DNA of 28,952 bases from Candidatus Micrarchaeota archaeon (GCA_021812025.1 JAKAPD010000001.1:1-28952); one strand, 5' to 3'; counted from the first letter of the stretch, positions 1 through 8,693 are shown. Made by a program: numbers and translations. Notes: generated by a model from the letters alone, not told the origin.

Positions 1-1
1 G

Positions 2-334
2 ATGGCGAAGAGGAAGGAGAACATCGCGGAAAAGCAGAAGGAGCTTATGCCCCTAATGAAGGAGAGCATGAAGACGCAGATGAAGTCGATGATAATAGTG
101 CTTCCGGTGTTCCTTCTCATATACTACGGGGCGCTTCCGCTGCTTTTCGGCTCATATGCGGGCCAGCAGATAAACATAGTGATTCCGTTCACTTATTCCG
201 GGCTTTTCTTCTATACTGCATTCATAATGGGCATACTAATAACGATAGGCATACTTATCAGGGACAAGCTGCAATCGAGGAAGTCGAAGCCGCTGCAACC
301 GACAGTCGGCGGCGGGAGCGAACCATCTAAATAG
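2..334 (+). CDS. DUF106 / EMC3-TMCO1 (Oxa1-superfamily) membrane protein, 3' part; the gene probably starts upstream of the window
   Basis: Coiled-coil KQKELMPLMKESMKTQMKSM followed by hydrophobic helices; lies directly upstream of rpl34e-cmk-rpl14e, the usual archaeal position of DUF106. Confidence 0.75.
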   Translation: MAKRKENIAEKQKELMPLMKESMKTQMKSMIIVLPVFLLIYYGALPLLFGSYAGQQINIVIPFTYSGLFFYTAFIMGILITIGILIRDKLQSRKSKPLQPTVGGGSEPSK

Positions 335-371
335 CTTACTATACAGATAAATAGCACAGAAGGTGTTCTGA

Positions 372-686
372 TTGCCAAAACCAATGCATAGGTCAACCAG
401 TATCAAGGAAGTGCAGAGGGTGACCAACAAAAGGACCGTCACCCATTACAGGCGAGCGAAAGCGTCATCGCCGCACTGCGCAATCTGCGGAAACGAGCTA
501 AACGGCATAAGCCAGAAAGGTGGCAAGACAAGAAGGACGAACAGCAGGCTATTCGGCGGGGTCCTATGCGCAAAGTGCACAGCCGAGGTCATAAAAATAG
601 AAAGCAGGGTAGAGAACGGGGACATGAAGCTGAGCGACATAGGCATCAAGCACAGGAACTACGTTTTGCAGCTTGTCGCGCACTAA
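372..686 (+). CDS. rpl34e: 50S ribosomal protein L34e
   Basis: Basic 104 aa protein with HY...PHCAICG...R..R.FGGVLC..C Zn motif; TTG start with AGGTG SD-like motif upstream; conserved gene order. Confidence 0.93.
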   Translation: MPKPMHRSTSIKEVQRVTNKRTVTHYRRAKASSPHCAICGNELNGISQKGGKTRRTNSRLFGGVLCAKCTAEVIKIESRVENGDMKLSDIGIKHRNYVLQLVAH

Positions 687-718
687 GCTTTAAAAGGGGC
701 TTTTCCGGAGTTTTTCGC

Positions 719-1237
719 ATGAAGATATGCATATCGGGTTTAACGGGCACGGGCAAGACGACGCTCGGGGACGAGCTCGCCAAGGAGCTTGGCATAGAAC
801 ACATCAAGCCGACGTACAAGAGCAAGGTGGCGAGCGATGACGAGCTTCTCAGGTTCCTAAAGAACGCGTCTAAGGCGTACATAAAGGAATTCGATGACGA
901 TATAATAAATAAATCAGACGGAAAAGACTGCATAATAACCACATGGCATTGCCCGTGGATAATAAAAGATGCAACGGTAAGGATATGGCTCGTCTGTGGT
1001 GACAAGGAAAGGATAAGGCGTGAGGCGAAGTCGAGAGGGAAGAGCATAGAATATGCCACAAAATACGTAAAGATGAAGGACAAGCTCTCGCTCGCGCAGT
1101 ATAAAAAGGCGTATGGGAAAGAGTTTGATTACTCGATCATAGACCTTACGATCAACACCGAAAAGGTTTCGCGGGAGAATGTTGTCGCATTGATATCGAT
1201 GTTTGCGCTTCTGAGAGAGAAGAAGAAATTCGTATAG
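719..1237 (+). CDS. cmk: Cytidylate kinase-like P-loop kinase (divergent)
   Basis: MKICISGLTGTGKTT P-loop, RIWL..G..ER and DLTINT motifs; sits between rpl34e and rpl14e. Start taken as ATG 719, because the 566 extension overlaps rpl34e. Confidence 0.75.
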   Translation: MKICISGLTGTGKTTLGDELAKELGIEHIKPTYKSKVASDDELLRFLKNASKAYIKEFDDDIINKSDGKDCIITTWHCPWIIKDATVRIWLVCGDKERIRREAKSRGKSIEYATKYVKMKDKLSLAQYKKAYGKEFDYSIIDLTINTEKVSRENVVALISMFALLREKKKFV

Positions 1238-1246
1238 AGTGATGAA

Positions 1247-1510
1247 ATGTTGCTGGAAGTAGGAAGAGTGTGCATGAAGAAGTATGGGAGAGATGCAGGT
1301 AGCAGAGCGGTAATAACGGCCGTGCAGGGCAACAGGGTAATGGTCATAACAGCAGAAAGGCCAAAGGAGAGGAAGTGCAACCCGAACCACCTGGAGTTCC
1401 TTAATGAGGTAATAGACGCCAAGAACAAGGAGCTTGTCAACAAGACGCTCGGGATAAAGGAGAAGCAGCCGCGACCAGAAGCTGCGCCGAAAGCCCAGAA
1501 GAAGAAATAA
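1247..1510 (+). CDS. rpl14e: 50S ribosomal protein L14e
   Basis: LEVGRVCMKKYGRDAG..AVI...RKCN..HLE KOW-type signature; conserved position after cmk. Confidence 0.93.
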   Translation: MLLEVGRVCMKKYGRDAGSRAVITAVQGNRVMVITAERPKERKCNPNHLEFLNEVIDAKNKELVNKTLGIKEKQPRPEAAPKAQKKK

Positions 1511-1519
1511 AGTGATAGC

Positions 1520-1768
1520 ATGGGCAAAACGCGTTGCAGCGACTCCAGCGATGACATGAAACAGAAAATTCTAAGCTATCTGGATGATTCCGGCTTGGTT
1601 TCCATGCGGGTCACGGAACTCATGATCGGCACGAGGCTAAACAGGAGCGACCTAACGAGGATGTTGAGAAGCCTTGAGCACCACGGTCTTTTGCGCATAA
1701 AGGAGGGCATCGGCGAAGAGATTGTGGTAATGGAACCGCAATCTGGTTCGCTGCGCGACCTTATGTGA
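1520..1768 (+). CDS. Small winged-helix (HTH-like) hypothetical protein
   Basis: KILSYL...VTEL...RSDLTRMLRSLEHHGLLRI resembles a wHTH recognition helix plus wing; GTGA SD-like motif upstream. Alternative start at ATG 1556. Confidence 0.55.
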   Translation: MGKTRCSDSSDDMKQKILSYLDDSGLVSMRVTELMIGTRLNRSDLTRMLRSLEHHGLLRIKEGIGEEIVVMEPQSGSLRDLM

Positions 1769-2983
1769 TCAATTCTCAAGGCTGGAAATGTAGTCGTTGA
1801 CCTCTTTCATAATCTTTTCCTTGTTTCCGTTGCTGCTCAGGATCTCGAAGAGCCTTGCGGCGTCGATTCTGTCGTCGAATTTCTGCCCCTTTAGGTTTTC
1901 AAGGAAAGTGCGCATCCCAAGCTCCTTCACCGACGATTCCCCAATCCTGTTGCCGCGAAGTTCTTCTATGTCCTTCTCAAGATCGGGAGTGGTGAGCTTC
2001 GAATAATCTATGTCAAGGTAGCACCTTTCAGAATATCTGGCAGAAAGGGTGTGCAGCGGCATGTCCGCGGTGTTGAACCCATCGGCAACGGTCCCTTCCA
2101 AATAGAGCTTTACTATCGGCTTGTCCTTGTCGGTAGCAAGCGCCTTCTCGATCTCGGATTCGCACTTCTCTACTAGCTCCTTCGGCGCCACGGAATCGAC
2201 TTTTATGTGCCTTGCTACGAATGTCCTGGAAGGTATGGTCTTGAACTCGTAGGTGGCGCTTTTCGTGTCAAACAGAATGAAGCCTTTTTTCTCCTGCTCG
2301 CCATCCTTCAGCTGCGTAAGCACCGTGCTTCCAGGGATCAGGAACTTCTTGCCGTGCACTTCGGCTTCCACTTTGCTGTGTATATGGCCATTGTAATAGA
2401 GGTCAAAGCCTTTCGGCAAATCATCATAGTGTATGAAGTCATCGCTGAAAGGGAGCAGCTCATAGACCGACTGGTGGAACATGAAGACATTGAACGAGCC
2501 GGAAACGGGTTTCGGGCCAAGCCTTTCAAGGACCTCTCTGACGCGCTCCTCCGAGATGCCACCGAGCGCGAACACGGATACGCGCTCACCCTCCTTTTCT
2601 ACAGTCACAGTGGACTCGCTCGCATCGACGAGCAAGCCCGCCAGGCTGAGCAGCTCCAGCACATTCTCCTTTCCTTCGGCTGTCCTTTCATGGGTGCCAG
2701 GTATGGCTATGATGGGCACACGCGTATGAATCTTCTTTCCATCGCCGTTCCTGAAATCCACCACTTGTGCAGCCCAGTGCTTCCTTGAAAGCTCCCTGAA
2801 TATGTTTATCGCCTGGGCGATAACTTCGGGCTTCGGGGCCCTCTTGTCGAATATGTCGCCAGCTATGAGTATCGCATCCGCAGCCGCGCTTGCGGCTTCT
2901 AGCGCCTCTTTTGCTTGCTTGTAAGCGTCATCGTAGAAGCGGTCATAGCCTATGTGCAAATCAGACACAAGCGCCAGCTTCAT
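1769..2983 (-). CDS. mre11: Mre11 DNA double-strand break repair nuclease
   Basis: Phosphoesterase motifs SDLHIG, AGDIFD, PGTHE, MFHQS and GHIH plus a C-terminal capping domain; start taken as ATG 2983 (MKLALVSD). Confidence 0.92.
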   Translation of the reverse strand: MKLALVSDLHIGYDRFYDDAYKQAKEALEAASAAADAILIAGDIFDKRAPKPEVIAQAINIFRELSRKHWAAQVVDFRNGDGKKIHTRVPIIAIPGTHERTAEGKENVLELLSLAGLLVDASESTVTVEKEGERVSVFALGGISEERVREVLERLGPKPVSGSFNVFMFHQSVYELLPFSDDFIHYDDLPKGFDLYYNGHIHSKVEAEVHGKKFLIPGSTVLTQLKDGEQEKKGFILFDTKSATYEFKTIPSRTFVARHIKVDSVAPKELVEKCESEIEKALATDKDKPIVKLYLEGTVADGFNTADMPLHTLSARYSERCYLDIDYSKLTTPDLEKDIEELRGNRIGESSVKELGMRTFLENLKGQKFDDRIDAARLFEILSSNGNKEKIMKEVNDYISSLEN

Positions 2984-3041
2984 AGAAATCAGCAATACTT
3001 TTCAATCGGAATATTTATCCCTTTGTTTTTGACTCGTTCTT

Positions 3042-3839
3042 TTATTTCATCTTAGATAGAAACGGATACGCCAGAAGCACGAATATTAAGGCAGCAGCAT
3101 AAGAAATTGCGGTCCCGTAGCCCAAACCAAATAATGGGTAGGTTATGTTGACCGAAATAGCATATACTATAATATTCGCAGACGCGGGCAGCATGGTTTT
3201 TCCGGCTGCCCGGGCAAAGTCTGCCCCTTGGGACCTCGTAAGCAGATACATCGTAGAGAACATTACTGCGGGGAAAGTAGCAAAAATCCCTCCCCACAGA
3301 GGACCAAATGCAGCTGCGATGGCAACAGTTGTCGCCACTATTCCGCCAGAAATCAGTCCGCGCGTAGAGAGCTCGGCCAGCGTGTATTCGGCATTCCTCT
3401 TCTTCATGTGCGTTATATCTAATTTCTTAACTACGACAAGCGTGAGCAGGGCAGTGATTATAACGTATATTATAACGCCTATGATTATGTTAGAATATTG
3501 AAAACCCCCGAGCGGCAGAGCTAGCAGAAACCAAGTAAGCAAAGCAACAGCAAAAGATGCTTTCCCAAATTTTTCCGCAGTTACTATAAAAACAAACAGG
3601 AAAACCGTGTCTATTGCCATTGCAAGTGGCACTATGCTTGCAGAATTGGCTGCAAATTGCGGCGCTTGTGTCAAACCTATAAAAAGTAATGATACTAGGA
3701 TATTAGAGGGTAGATTACCAAATATGCCACCCATTTTCGAACCAAATCTCTCAGCGATTACGGTCACGATCGTTATCCATATCCCAGCAACTATAAAAGA
3801 AAGCAGAATCTCTTCAATAAATAACGGATTCATATTCAT
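3042..3839 (-). CDS. Polytopic membrane protein, DUF3147-like with internal duplication
   Basis: About 8-9 hydrophobic segments; the halves share GGIFGNLPS / GGIFATFPA motifs. Confidence 0.6.
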   Translation of the reverse strand: MNMNPLFIEEILLSFIVAGIWITIVTVIAERFGSKMGGIFGNLPSNILVSLLFIGLTQAPQFAANSASIVPLAMAIDTVFLFVFIVTAEKFGKASFAVALLTWFLLALPLGGFQYSNIIIGVIIYVIITALLTLVVVKKLDITHMKKRNAEYTLAELSTRGLISGGIVATTVAIAAAFGPLWGGIFATFPAVMFSTMYLLTRSQGADFARAAGKTMLPASANIIVYAISVNITYPLFGLGYGTAISYAAALIFVLLAYPFLSKMK

Positions 3840-3894
3840 ACCTCATAGTAAATAGTTATGCGACATTAAGAAAAGCCATATATAAAAAGAAAGC

Positions 3895-4272
3895 CTACAA
3901 CTTTATGGCGACCATGCTTATTTCAAGCTTTGCGCCAAGCGGAAGCTCCTTCACGCATACTGTCTCTCTAGCAGGATAAGGTTTCGAGAAGTAGCTTCCA
4001 TAGATTTCGTTTATTTTCCCATAAAGCGACATATCAGTAACGTAAATCGTCGCCTTGACCACATCGCTGAAATCACCCCCTGCCTCCGCAAGTATTGCTT
4101 TTAGGTTTTTCATTACTTGATGAACCTGCTCCTCCACGGTGCCGTCCAAGAGCTTTCCCTCAGGGGTTAGATAGATTTGGCCGGATGTAAAGATGGCAAG
4201 ATTCCCTGCAATCACTGCCTGCGAATATGGTCCTATCGCTTTCGGTGCGTTTTGCGTCTCTACAACTTCCAT
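3895..4272 (-). CDS. ridA: RidA (YjgF/YER057c/UK114) enamine/imine deaminase
   Basis: APKAIGPYSQA, SGQI, YPAR (catalytic Arg) and LP.GA..EI motifs. Confidence 0.93.
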   Translation of the reverse strand: MEVVETQNAPKAIGPYSQAVIAGNLAIFTSGQIYLTPEGKLLDGTVEEQVHQVMKNLKAILAEAGGDFSDVVKATIYVTDMSLYGKINEIYGSYFSKPYPARETVCVKELPLGAKLEISMVAIKL

Positions 4273-4276
4273 CTTA

Positions 4277-5266
4277 TCATCGATTTCTTGTTTTTTCTAG
4301 TATCCTTTCTATGAACTGGCTCACAAAGTTGTCAGAAGCATTTTTGAGGGGCCCGTATGCGCCCCCTGCTGCGGGATGCCCGCCGCCAGTGCCGCCTATG
4401 GCTTTTGCGACGTCCTGCATTATACGACCCACATGTATATTGTATTTTTTTTCAAGCGGCGGCCTGAGCCTCGCTGAGAACGAGATCTCCTTCTCGCCCA
4501 TGTCGTAGAAGAGCGCGACATCTGCGCCTATCTTTATCGCATAGTCCGCGGCGATGTTCGCATGGGCGTGTGCCTCGCCATGCATGAACAGCAAGCCGTT
4601 TTTAACCTCTGCCTTGGAAGACATTATGTCCTCAATGGACTTCAGCCTCGATTCTGGCTCAGCCACATGCTGCATATTCTCAAGGAGTTCCATGTAGTCA
4701 AATCCCGCAATCTTCAAGAGCTGGCCTATCTGTATGAACGTATCCGGCGTGGCATTCCTGAATTCCGCAGAATCCGAGACAATTCCCGCAAGTAGCACTT
4801 TCGCGATGTTGGAATTGATGCCAAGCCTTGCTTTCGAAATCGCAGCATAGACTATGCTGGTCGCAGAGTTATATGTCTCATTATTGAAATAGTAGATATC
4901 CTTTTTCGCAAGTGGTTTTGGCGCATGGTGGTCTATAATCAGCATCTCGCCAGCGAAATTTTCGAGATTTTCATGGAAAGCGCCGCATTCCTCGAAACTG
5001 TTGACATCTAAGAGCACCACCTTGTCGACCAGCGGGAACCTGTTCTTAACTGATTCAGGGTCGTAGCCGAAATTCTTCATGATGCGCTTTGCGTTCGAGG
5101 TTATTATATCGGGAGTCGCAATGGTCGAATTCTTGAAGAAAGAGGAGAGCGCGATCGCGGAAGCAATAGAATCGGTGTCACCTATGGAATGGAAGGTAAA
5201 GAGCACTCGCTTGCTCTTCCATTCAAGAAGCAGCGACGCAAGCTCCTCAAGGTCTATCGCCTCCAT
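4277..5266 (-). CDS. DHH/DHHA1 family phosphoesterase (NrnA-like)
   Basis: H..GDTDS, IIDHH, GIVSDS and GGGHPAAGG motifs; follows prefoldin beta, a recurrent archaeal pairing. Confidence 0.88.
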   Translation of the reverse strand: MEAIDLEELASLLLEWKSKRVLFTFHSIGDTDSIASAIALSSFFKNSTIATPDIITSNAKRIMKNFGYDPESVKNRFPLVDKVVLLDVNSFEECGAFHENLENFAGEMLIIDHHAPKPLAKKDIYYFNNETYNSATSIVYAAISKARLGINSNIAKVLLAGIVSDSAEFRNATPDTFIQIGQLLKIAGFDYMELLENMQHVAEPESRLKSIEDIMSSKAEVKNGLLFMHGEAHAHANIAADYAIKIGADVALFYDMGEKEISFSARLRPPLEKKYNIHVGRIMQDVAKAIGGTGGGHPAAGGAYGPLKNASDNFVSQFIERILEKTRNR

Positions 5267-5274
5267 CGAACCAT

Positions 5275-5610
5275 TTACTTCTCTACTTTCAGCGCAGCTG
5301 TTATCTGCTCGCGCAGCGCCCTTTCCCTCTTCGAAAGCTCATCATTCTGCTTGTTTATTATGCTGAGCCTCATTTCAATAGTGTCTTGCTTTTCCTTTAT
5401 GTTTTTGAGCGCAGCGTCTTTGGTGCTCTCCACTATGGCTCCCCCTACTGCAGTATAGACTTTGCCCGTGGCTTTCTCGATCTCAGCCAAAGCCTCTTTG
5501 TTCTCCTCTCTCTGCGCGCCGAACTGCTCCTTCTGCATAGCGAGAGTCTGAAGCTGCTCCTGTATCATTTGATAGTCCCTTGTGAGTTTCTCCAACTCTT
5601 CTCTTTCCAT
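5275..5610 (-). CDS. pfdB: Prefoldin beta subunit
   Basis: Two long coiled coils around a VYTAVGGAIV hairpin; ATG 5610 with GTGA SD-like motif. Confidence 0.88.
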   Translation of the reverse strand: MEREELEKLTRDYQMIQEQLQTLAMQKEQFGAQREENKEALAEIEKATGKVYTAVGGAIVESTKDAALKNIKEKQDTIEMRLSIINKQNDELSKRERALREQITAALKVEK

Positions 5611-5723
5611 AAAATCACTAAGTAGCACAATTATACCTATTTGAAGGATTTTATTACTTTGCGTGCTCCGTCAAAATGTATAAATCCGGAAGGAAAGTGA
5701 GCAATGGCATAAACAGGAGCGCT

Positions 5724-6818
5724 TCAGCGGTCAGTTTCGCCAAAGATTATATCTAGGCTCCCGAAGATGGCGAACAGGTCCGCAAACTTCTCCCCCTCTG
5801 CGATTTTCGGGAGCACCGCCATGTTTATGAAGCCTGGCGCGCGCAGCGATATCCTGTAAGGCTTCTGCTTATCTGGTATCATGTATATGAGCCCCTCGCC
5901 CTTCGGCAACTCTCTTGAGACGACCACAGTATCGGGCTTGGCGGGCGAACCTATGAGCTTTATCGGCGCACCAACATCGTCGCCCTCCGGCATCATCCTA
6001 AGGCACTGCCTTATGATCCTTATGCTCTCGAATATCTCCTCATAGCGTACCCTGTACCTGTCGTAGCTGTCCCCGTTTCGCTTAACGGGCAAACTAAAGC
6101 TGATCTTATTGTAGAAGTAGTAAGGCTTCGACTTCCTTGTATCTTCTTCGACTCCGGATGCCCTTAACACCGGCCCTGTTACGCCGTAGTTTATCGCATC
6201 CTTCTTGCTAAGTACCCCTATTCCCTTTAGCCTTTCCATGAAAATCGGATTTGCATCAAGGACGTCTTCATATTCTGCAACTTTCTTCCCAAGGTAATCG
6301 CAGAGCGCATAGGCCCTATCGACAAAATCCGGCGGCAAAGCCCTTTGCAGGCCTCCGAGCCTGAAATTGAGGTAAAACATTCGCTGGCCGGCTACGTCTT
6401 CGAGCAGCTTAAGGACTTTCGCTCTTTCCCTGAAGCACCACATGAATACCGTGTACATTTGGCCGATGTCGTTGCACAGCGTACCGATCCAGAGAAGATG
6501 GTTTGCTATCCTTTGGAACTCTATTAGGGCCATGCGCGCCCATTGCGCGCGCTCCTTCACCGGCGTCCCCATCGCTTCTTCGACGGCCGCTACGTAAAGC
6601 TCATCCCAGCTCATGGCCGAGACATAGTCGAGTTTTTCCATGTACGATGGATTCTGCATGTACATTCTGGTTTCGCAGAGCTTCTCCACGCCCCTGTGCA
6701 GGAAACCTATGTGCGGCTCCACGTTCTTTATTGTGTCTCCATCGACATCCACTACCATCCTTAGCACGCCGTGCGTGCCCGGGTGTATCGGCCCCACATT
6801 TATTCTCATCATGGGCAT
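5724..6818 (-). CDS. nuoD: Complex I-like subunit D (NuoD)
   Basis: GPIHPGTHGVLR, GFLHRGVEK, LDYVS, GVTGPVLRASG, ELPKGE and C-terminal DIIFGETDR; lacks NiFe-binding CxxC pairs. Confidence 0.93.
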   Translation of the reverse strand: MPMMRINVGPIHPGTHGVLRMVVDVDGDTIKNVEPHIGFLHRGVEKLCETRMYMQNPSYMEKLDYVSAMSWDELYVAAVEEAMGTPVKERAQWARMALIEFQRIANHLLWIGTLCNDIGQMYTVFMWCFRERAKVLKLLEDVAGQRMFYLNFRLGGLQRALPPDFVDRAYALCDYLGKKVAEYEDVLDANPIFMERLKGIGVLSKKDAINYGVTGPVLRASGVEEDTRKSKPYYFYNKISFSLPVKRNGDSYDRYRVRYEEIFESIRIIRQCLRMMPEGDDVGAPIKLIGSPAKPDTVVVSRELPKGEGLIYMIPDKQKPYRISLRAPGFINMAVLPKIAEGEKFADLFAIFGSLDIIFGETDR

Positions 6819-7186
6819 CAGTCCACCTTATTGTAATCTTTGCCCCAGACAAAGCTCTTCCTAAGGGGTGCATCCGTGCCGTCCCATTCCTCGAGGAGCA
6901 GGCGTTTCGCATCCCGGTTGTTTATCCTTATCCCGAACATTTCCGAAAGTTCCCGCTCGTACCAGTCTGCCGCTTTGTACAGGTGCATTATGCTGTCTAC
7001 GTCAGCCTCTTTTGGGTCAAGCTTGACCGTTATTATCTTCTCCTCTTTTGTACCGGTATGAAACAGAATATAGACTACCTCAAGGTAAGTGTTATAGTCC
7101 ACGGCTGTTATCTTCTTAAGATAATCAAACCCCTTGCTCTTCAGCCCCTCTAATGTTTTCGCTAAGATTTCTTTCCCTACTTCCAT
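6818..7186 (-). CDS. nuoC: Complex I-like subunit C (NuoC)
   Basis: ITAVDY, ADWYERELSEMFGI and PLRKSF motifs; its stop overlaps the nuoD start (TGATG). Start taken as ATG 7186 with AGGT upstream. Confidence 0.9.
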   Translation of the reverse strand: MEVGKEILAKTLEGLKSKGFDYLKKITAVDYNTYLEVVYILFHTGTKEEKIITVKLDPKEADVDSIMHLYKAADWYERELSEMFGIRINNRDAKRLLLEEWDGTDAPLRKSFVWGKDYNKVD

Positions 7187-7754
7187 AGTCTTTACCTGCA
7201 ACTTTTTCCTGAAGCTTCATAAGCGCCTCGAAAAGGCTCTCCGGTCTCGGCGGACATCCTGCGACATAAATGTCAACCGGAAGTATCTGGTCTATTCCCT
7301 GCAATATGTTGTAGCTCTCCCACCAGGGTCCCCCGCACGTGGCGCATTCGCCAAACGATATGACATAACGGGGACTTGACATCTGTTCATAGAGCATCTT
7401 CACCCTCGGAGCCATGGATTTGGTTACCCAGCCCGCAACGAGCATCACATCGCACTGCCTAGGGGTCGCCCTGAATAGGAGATAGCCCTTTCTCTCGGCG
7501 TCTATTCTTGACGCACCGAAGTCCATGAGTTCTATGGCGCAGCACGCGAGCCCGAACTGCAGGGGCCACATTGAATTGGTCCTGCTCCAGTTCACTACCC
7601 CTTTAGAAAGCTCCTTCGTAAGGTCACTGAGCTTTGTGAAAAACACGTTCGGCGGGTTTTTTGTCCCTTTTAGCGACTGCTCAAGGAGCTTGTCCATTCG
7701 CTGCTTGGCATTCATGAACTGCTCTTCAGTGTAAGGCGCATCAGATTCTTCCAT
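7125..7754 (-). CDS. nuoB: Complex I-like subunit B (NuoB), N2 cluster-binding
   Basis: GLACCAIE, RATPRQCD, GECATCGG and GCPPRPE give four cluster ligands with the tandem CC. Confidence 0.93.
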   Translation of the reverse strand: MEESDAPYTEEQFMNAKQRMDKLLEQSLKGTKNPPNVFFTKLSDLTKELSKGVVNWSRTNSMWPLQFGLACCAIELMDFGASRIDAERKGYLLFRATPRQCDVMLVAGWVTKSMAPRVKMLYEQMSSPRYVISFGECATCGGPWWESYNILQGIDQILPVDIYVAGCPPRPESLFEALMKLQEKVAGKDYGSRERNLSENIRGAEEQGV

Positions 7755-8103
7755 GCTTATCACTTGTCATCTTGTAACCCACAATGCCGAAAAGCATCGC
7801 GACAAAAGCAAGAGAGACGACCAAAACATTGCTTAGCGGGTCGATGCTTCTTGCAGCAACGGACCACAAAAGCAGGAATATGGCAATTATCTCGAACGGA
7901 AGGAATATCGCAAAGAACGGAAGGTACTCGTTAATCACATCCCTGTGCGAACCTATTGTAAATTCGGCGCTTTCATATGGTGCATCTTTTGCTGGATTTC
8001 CCGGTTTGTCTTTTCTGAGCATTTTCGAAGCCAAAAGGAGCGATACCGGAACGAATACTGCGAACGCGATAAAGAAAATAAGAGCCAGATAATCGTACAG
8101 CAT
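7741..8103 (-). CDS. nuoA: Complex I-like subunit A (NuoA)
   Basis: Three TM helices with K...YESAE loop and FLPFEI motif; first gene of the nuoA-B-C-D run. Confidence 0.85.
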   Translation of the reverse strand: MLYDYLALIFFIAFAVFVPVSLLLASKMLRKDKPGNPAKDAPYESAEFTIGSHRDVINEYLPFFAIFLPFEIIAIFLLLWSVAARSIDPLSNVLVVSLAFVAMLFGIVGYKMTSDKHGRI

Positions 8104-8151
8104 CAACCCACAGTTATAGATATGATGGCAAGTTTATATTCGTGTCGGTGT

Positions 8152-8580
8152 TCAAAGGACAACTATCGTCTTCGTCTTCACTATGCCCTCAACACCGTCT
8201 ATTTTGTTCAGGAGCATCTGCTTCAGGTGCTCTGTGTCCCTCGCGACGATTTTTATCAGAATGTCGGCCTCTCCGGTTATTATATGTCCCTCTTTCACAT
8301 AAGGTATGGAGAGAAGCTCCTTTAGTATCCTATCTTGGCTTCTTTTCGAGCTTTTGAGGAGGTTTATATCTATGTTGACGAGTATATAAGCCGTGATCGA
8401 CATCCCGGCCTTTCTCCAGTCTATGTCGCCCTTATAACCTCTGACAACGCCTTCGTTCTCCAGTTTCTTGAGCCTTGCGTGTATGGTGGAAAGCGGCTCG
8501 TTTAGCTTCCTTGCGAGCGTAGTCGCCCTTATCATCCCGGAATCTATTCTCTCGACAAGCCTCTCATCAAGTTCATCCAT
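8152..8580 (-). CDS. Lrp/AsnC family transcriptional regulator
   Basis: MDELD...LARKL..P.STIH.RLKKLE.EGVV.GY HTH and ITGEADI..KI RAM-domain motif. Confidence 0.93.
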   Translation of the reverse strand: MDELDERLVERIDSGMIRATTLARKLNEPLSTIHARLKKLENEGVVRGYKGDIDWRKAGMSITAYILVNIDINLLKSSKRSQDRILKELLSIPYVKEGHIITGEADILIKIVARDTEHLKQMLLNKIDGVEGIVKTKTIVVL

Positions 8581-8615
8581 ATATGAATATTTTCCAGCGT
8601 TATATTTATATACTT

Positions 8616-8630
8616 CTGCAAATTATGCAA
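8616..8630. promoter_or_regulatory. Candidate Lrp-family operator CTGCAAATTATGCAA between divergent promoters
   Basis: Near-palindrome TGCA-AATTA-TGCA, also a 9-bp tandem repeat TGCAAATTA x2 (8617-8634). It lies between a minus-strand TATA (about 8604-8612) and a plus-strand TATA (about 8655-8664). 12/15 match to the Ss-LrpB consensus TTGCAAAATTTGCAA as I recall it. Confidence 0.6.
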
Positions 8631-8693
8631 ATTATCCTGAAAAATCGGATGAAACTATATATATGAGAAAAGCCATATCTAAACCGTGATTAG

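Noticed and set aside
566-718. N-terminal extension of the cmk ORF in the ORF track
   Set aside because: Overlaps rpl34e out of frame; the kinase fold begins at ATG 719.
5685-5695. TCCGGAAGGAA, matching the core of the SRP RNA helix 8 tetraloop
   Set aside because: The flanking conserved AGG/CAG internal-loop bases are absent, and the ~110-bp gap is too short for an archaeal 7S RNA; probably coincidence in promoter DNA.
7186-7215. Programmed frameshift fusing NuoB and NuoC
   Set aside because: No canonical X XXY YYZ slippery site (only GGAAAAAG), and nuoC has its own SD-like AGGT and ATG.
5724-7754. Group 4 [NiFe] hydrogenase reading of nuoB/C/D
   Set aside because: The large subunit has no N- or C-terminal CxxC, ends in GETDR, and NuoB has tandem CC, all complex I features.
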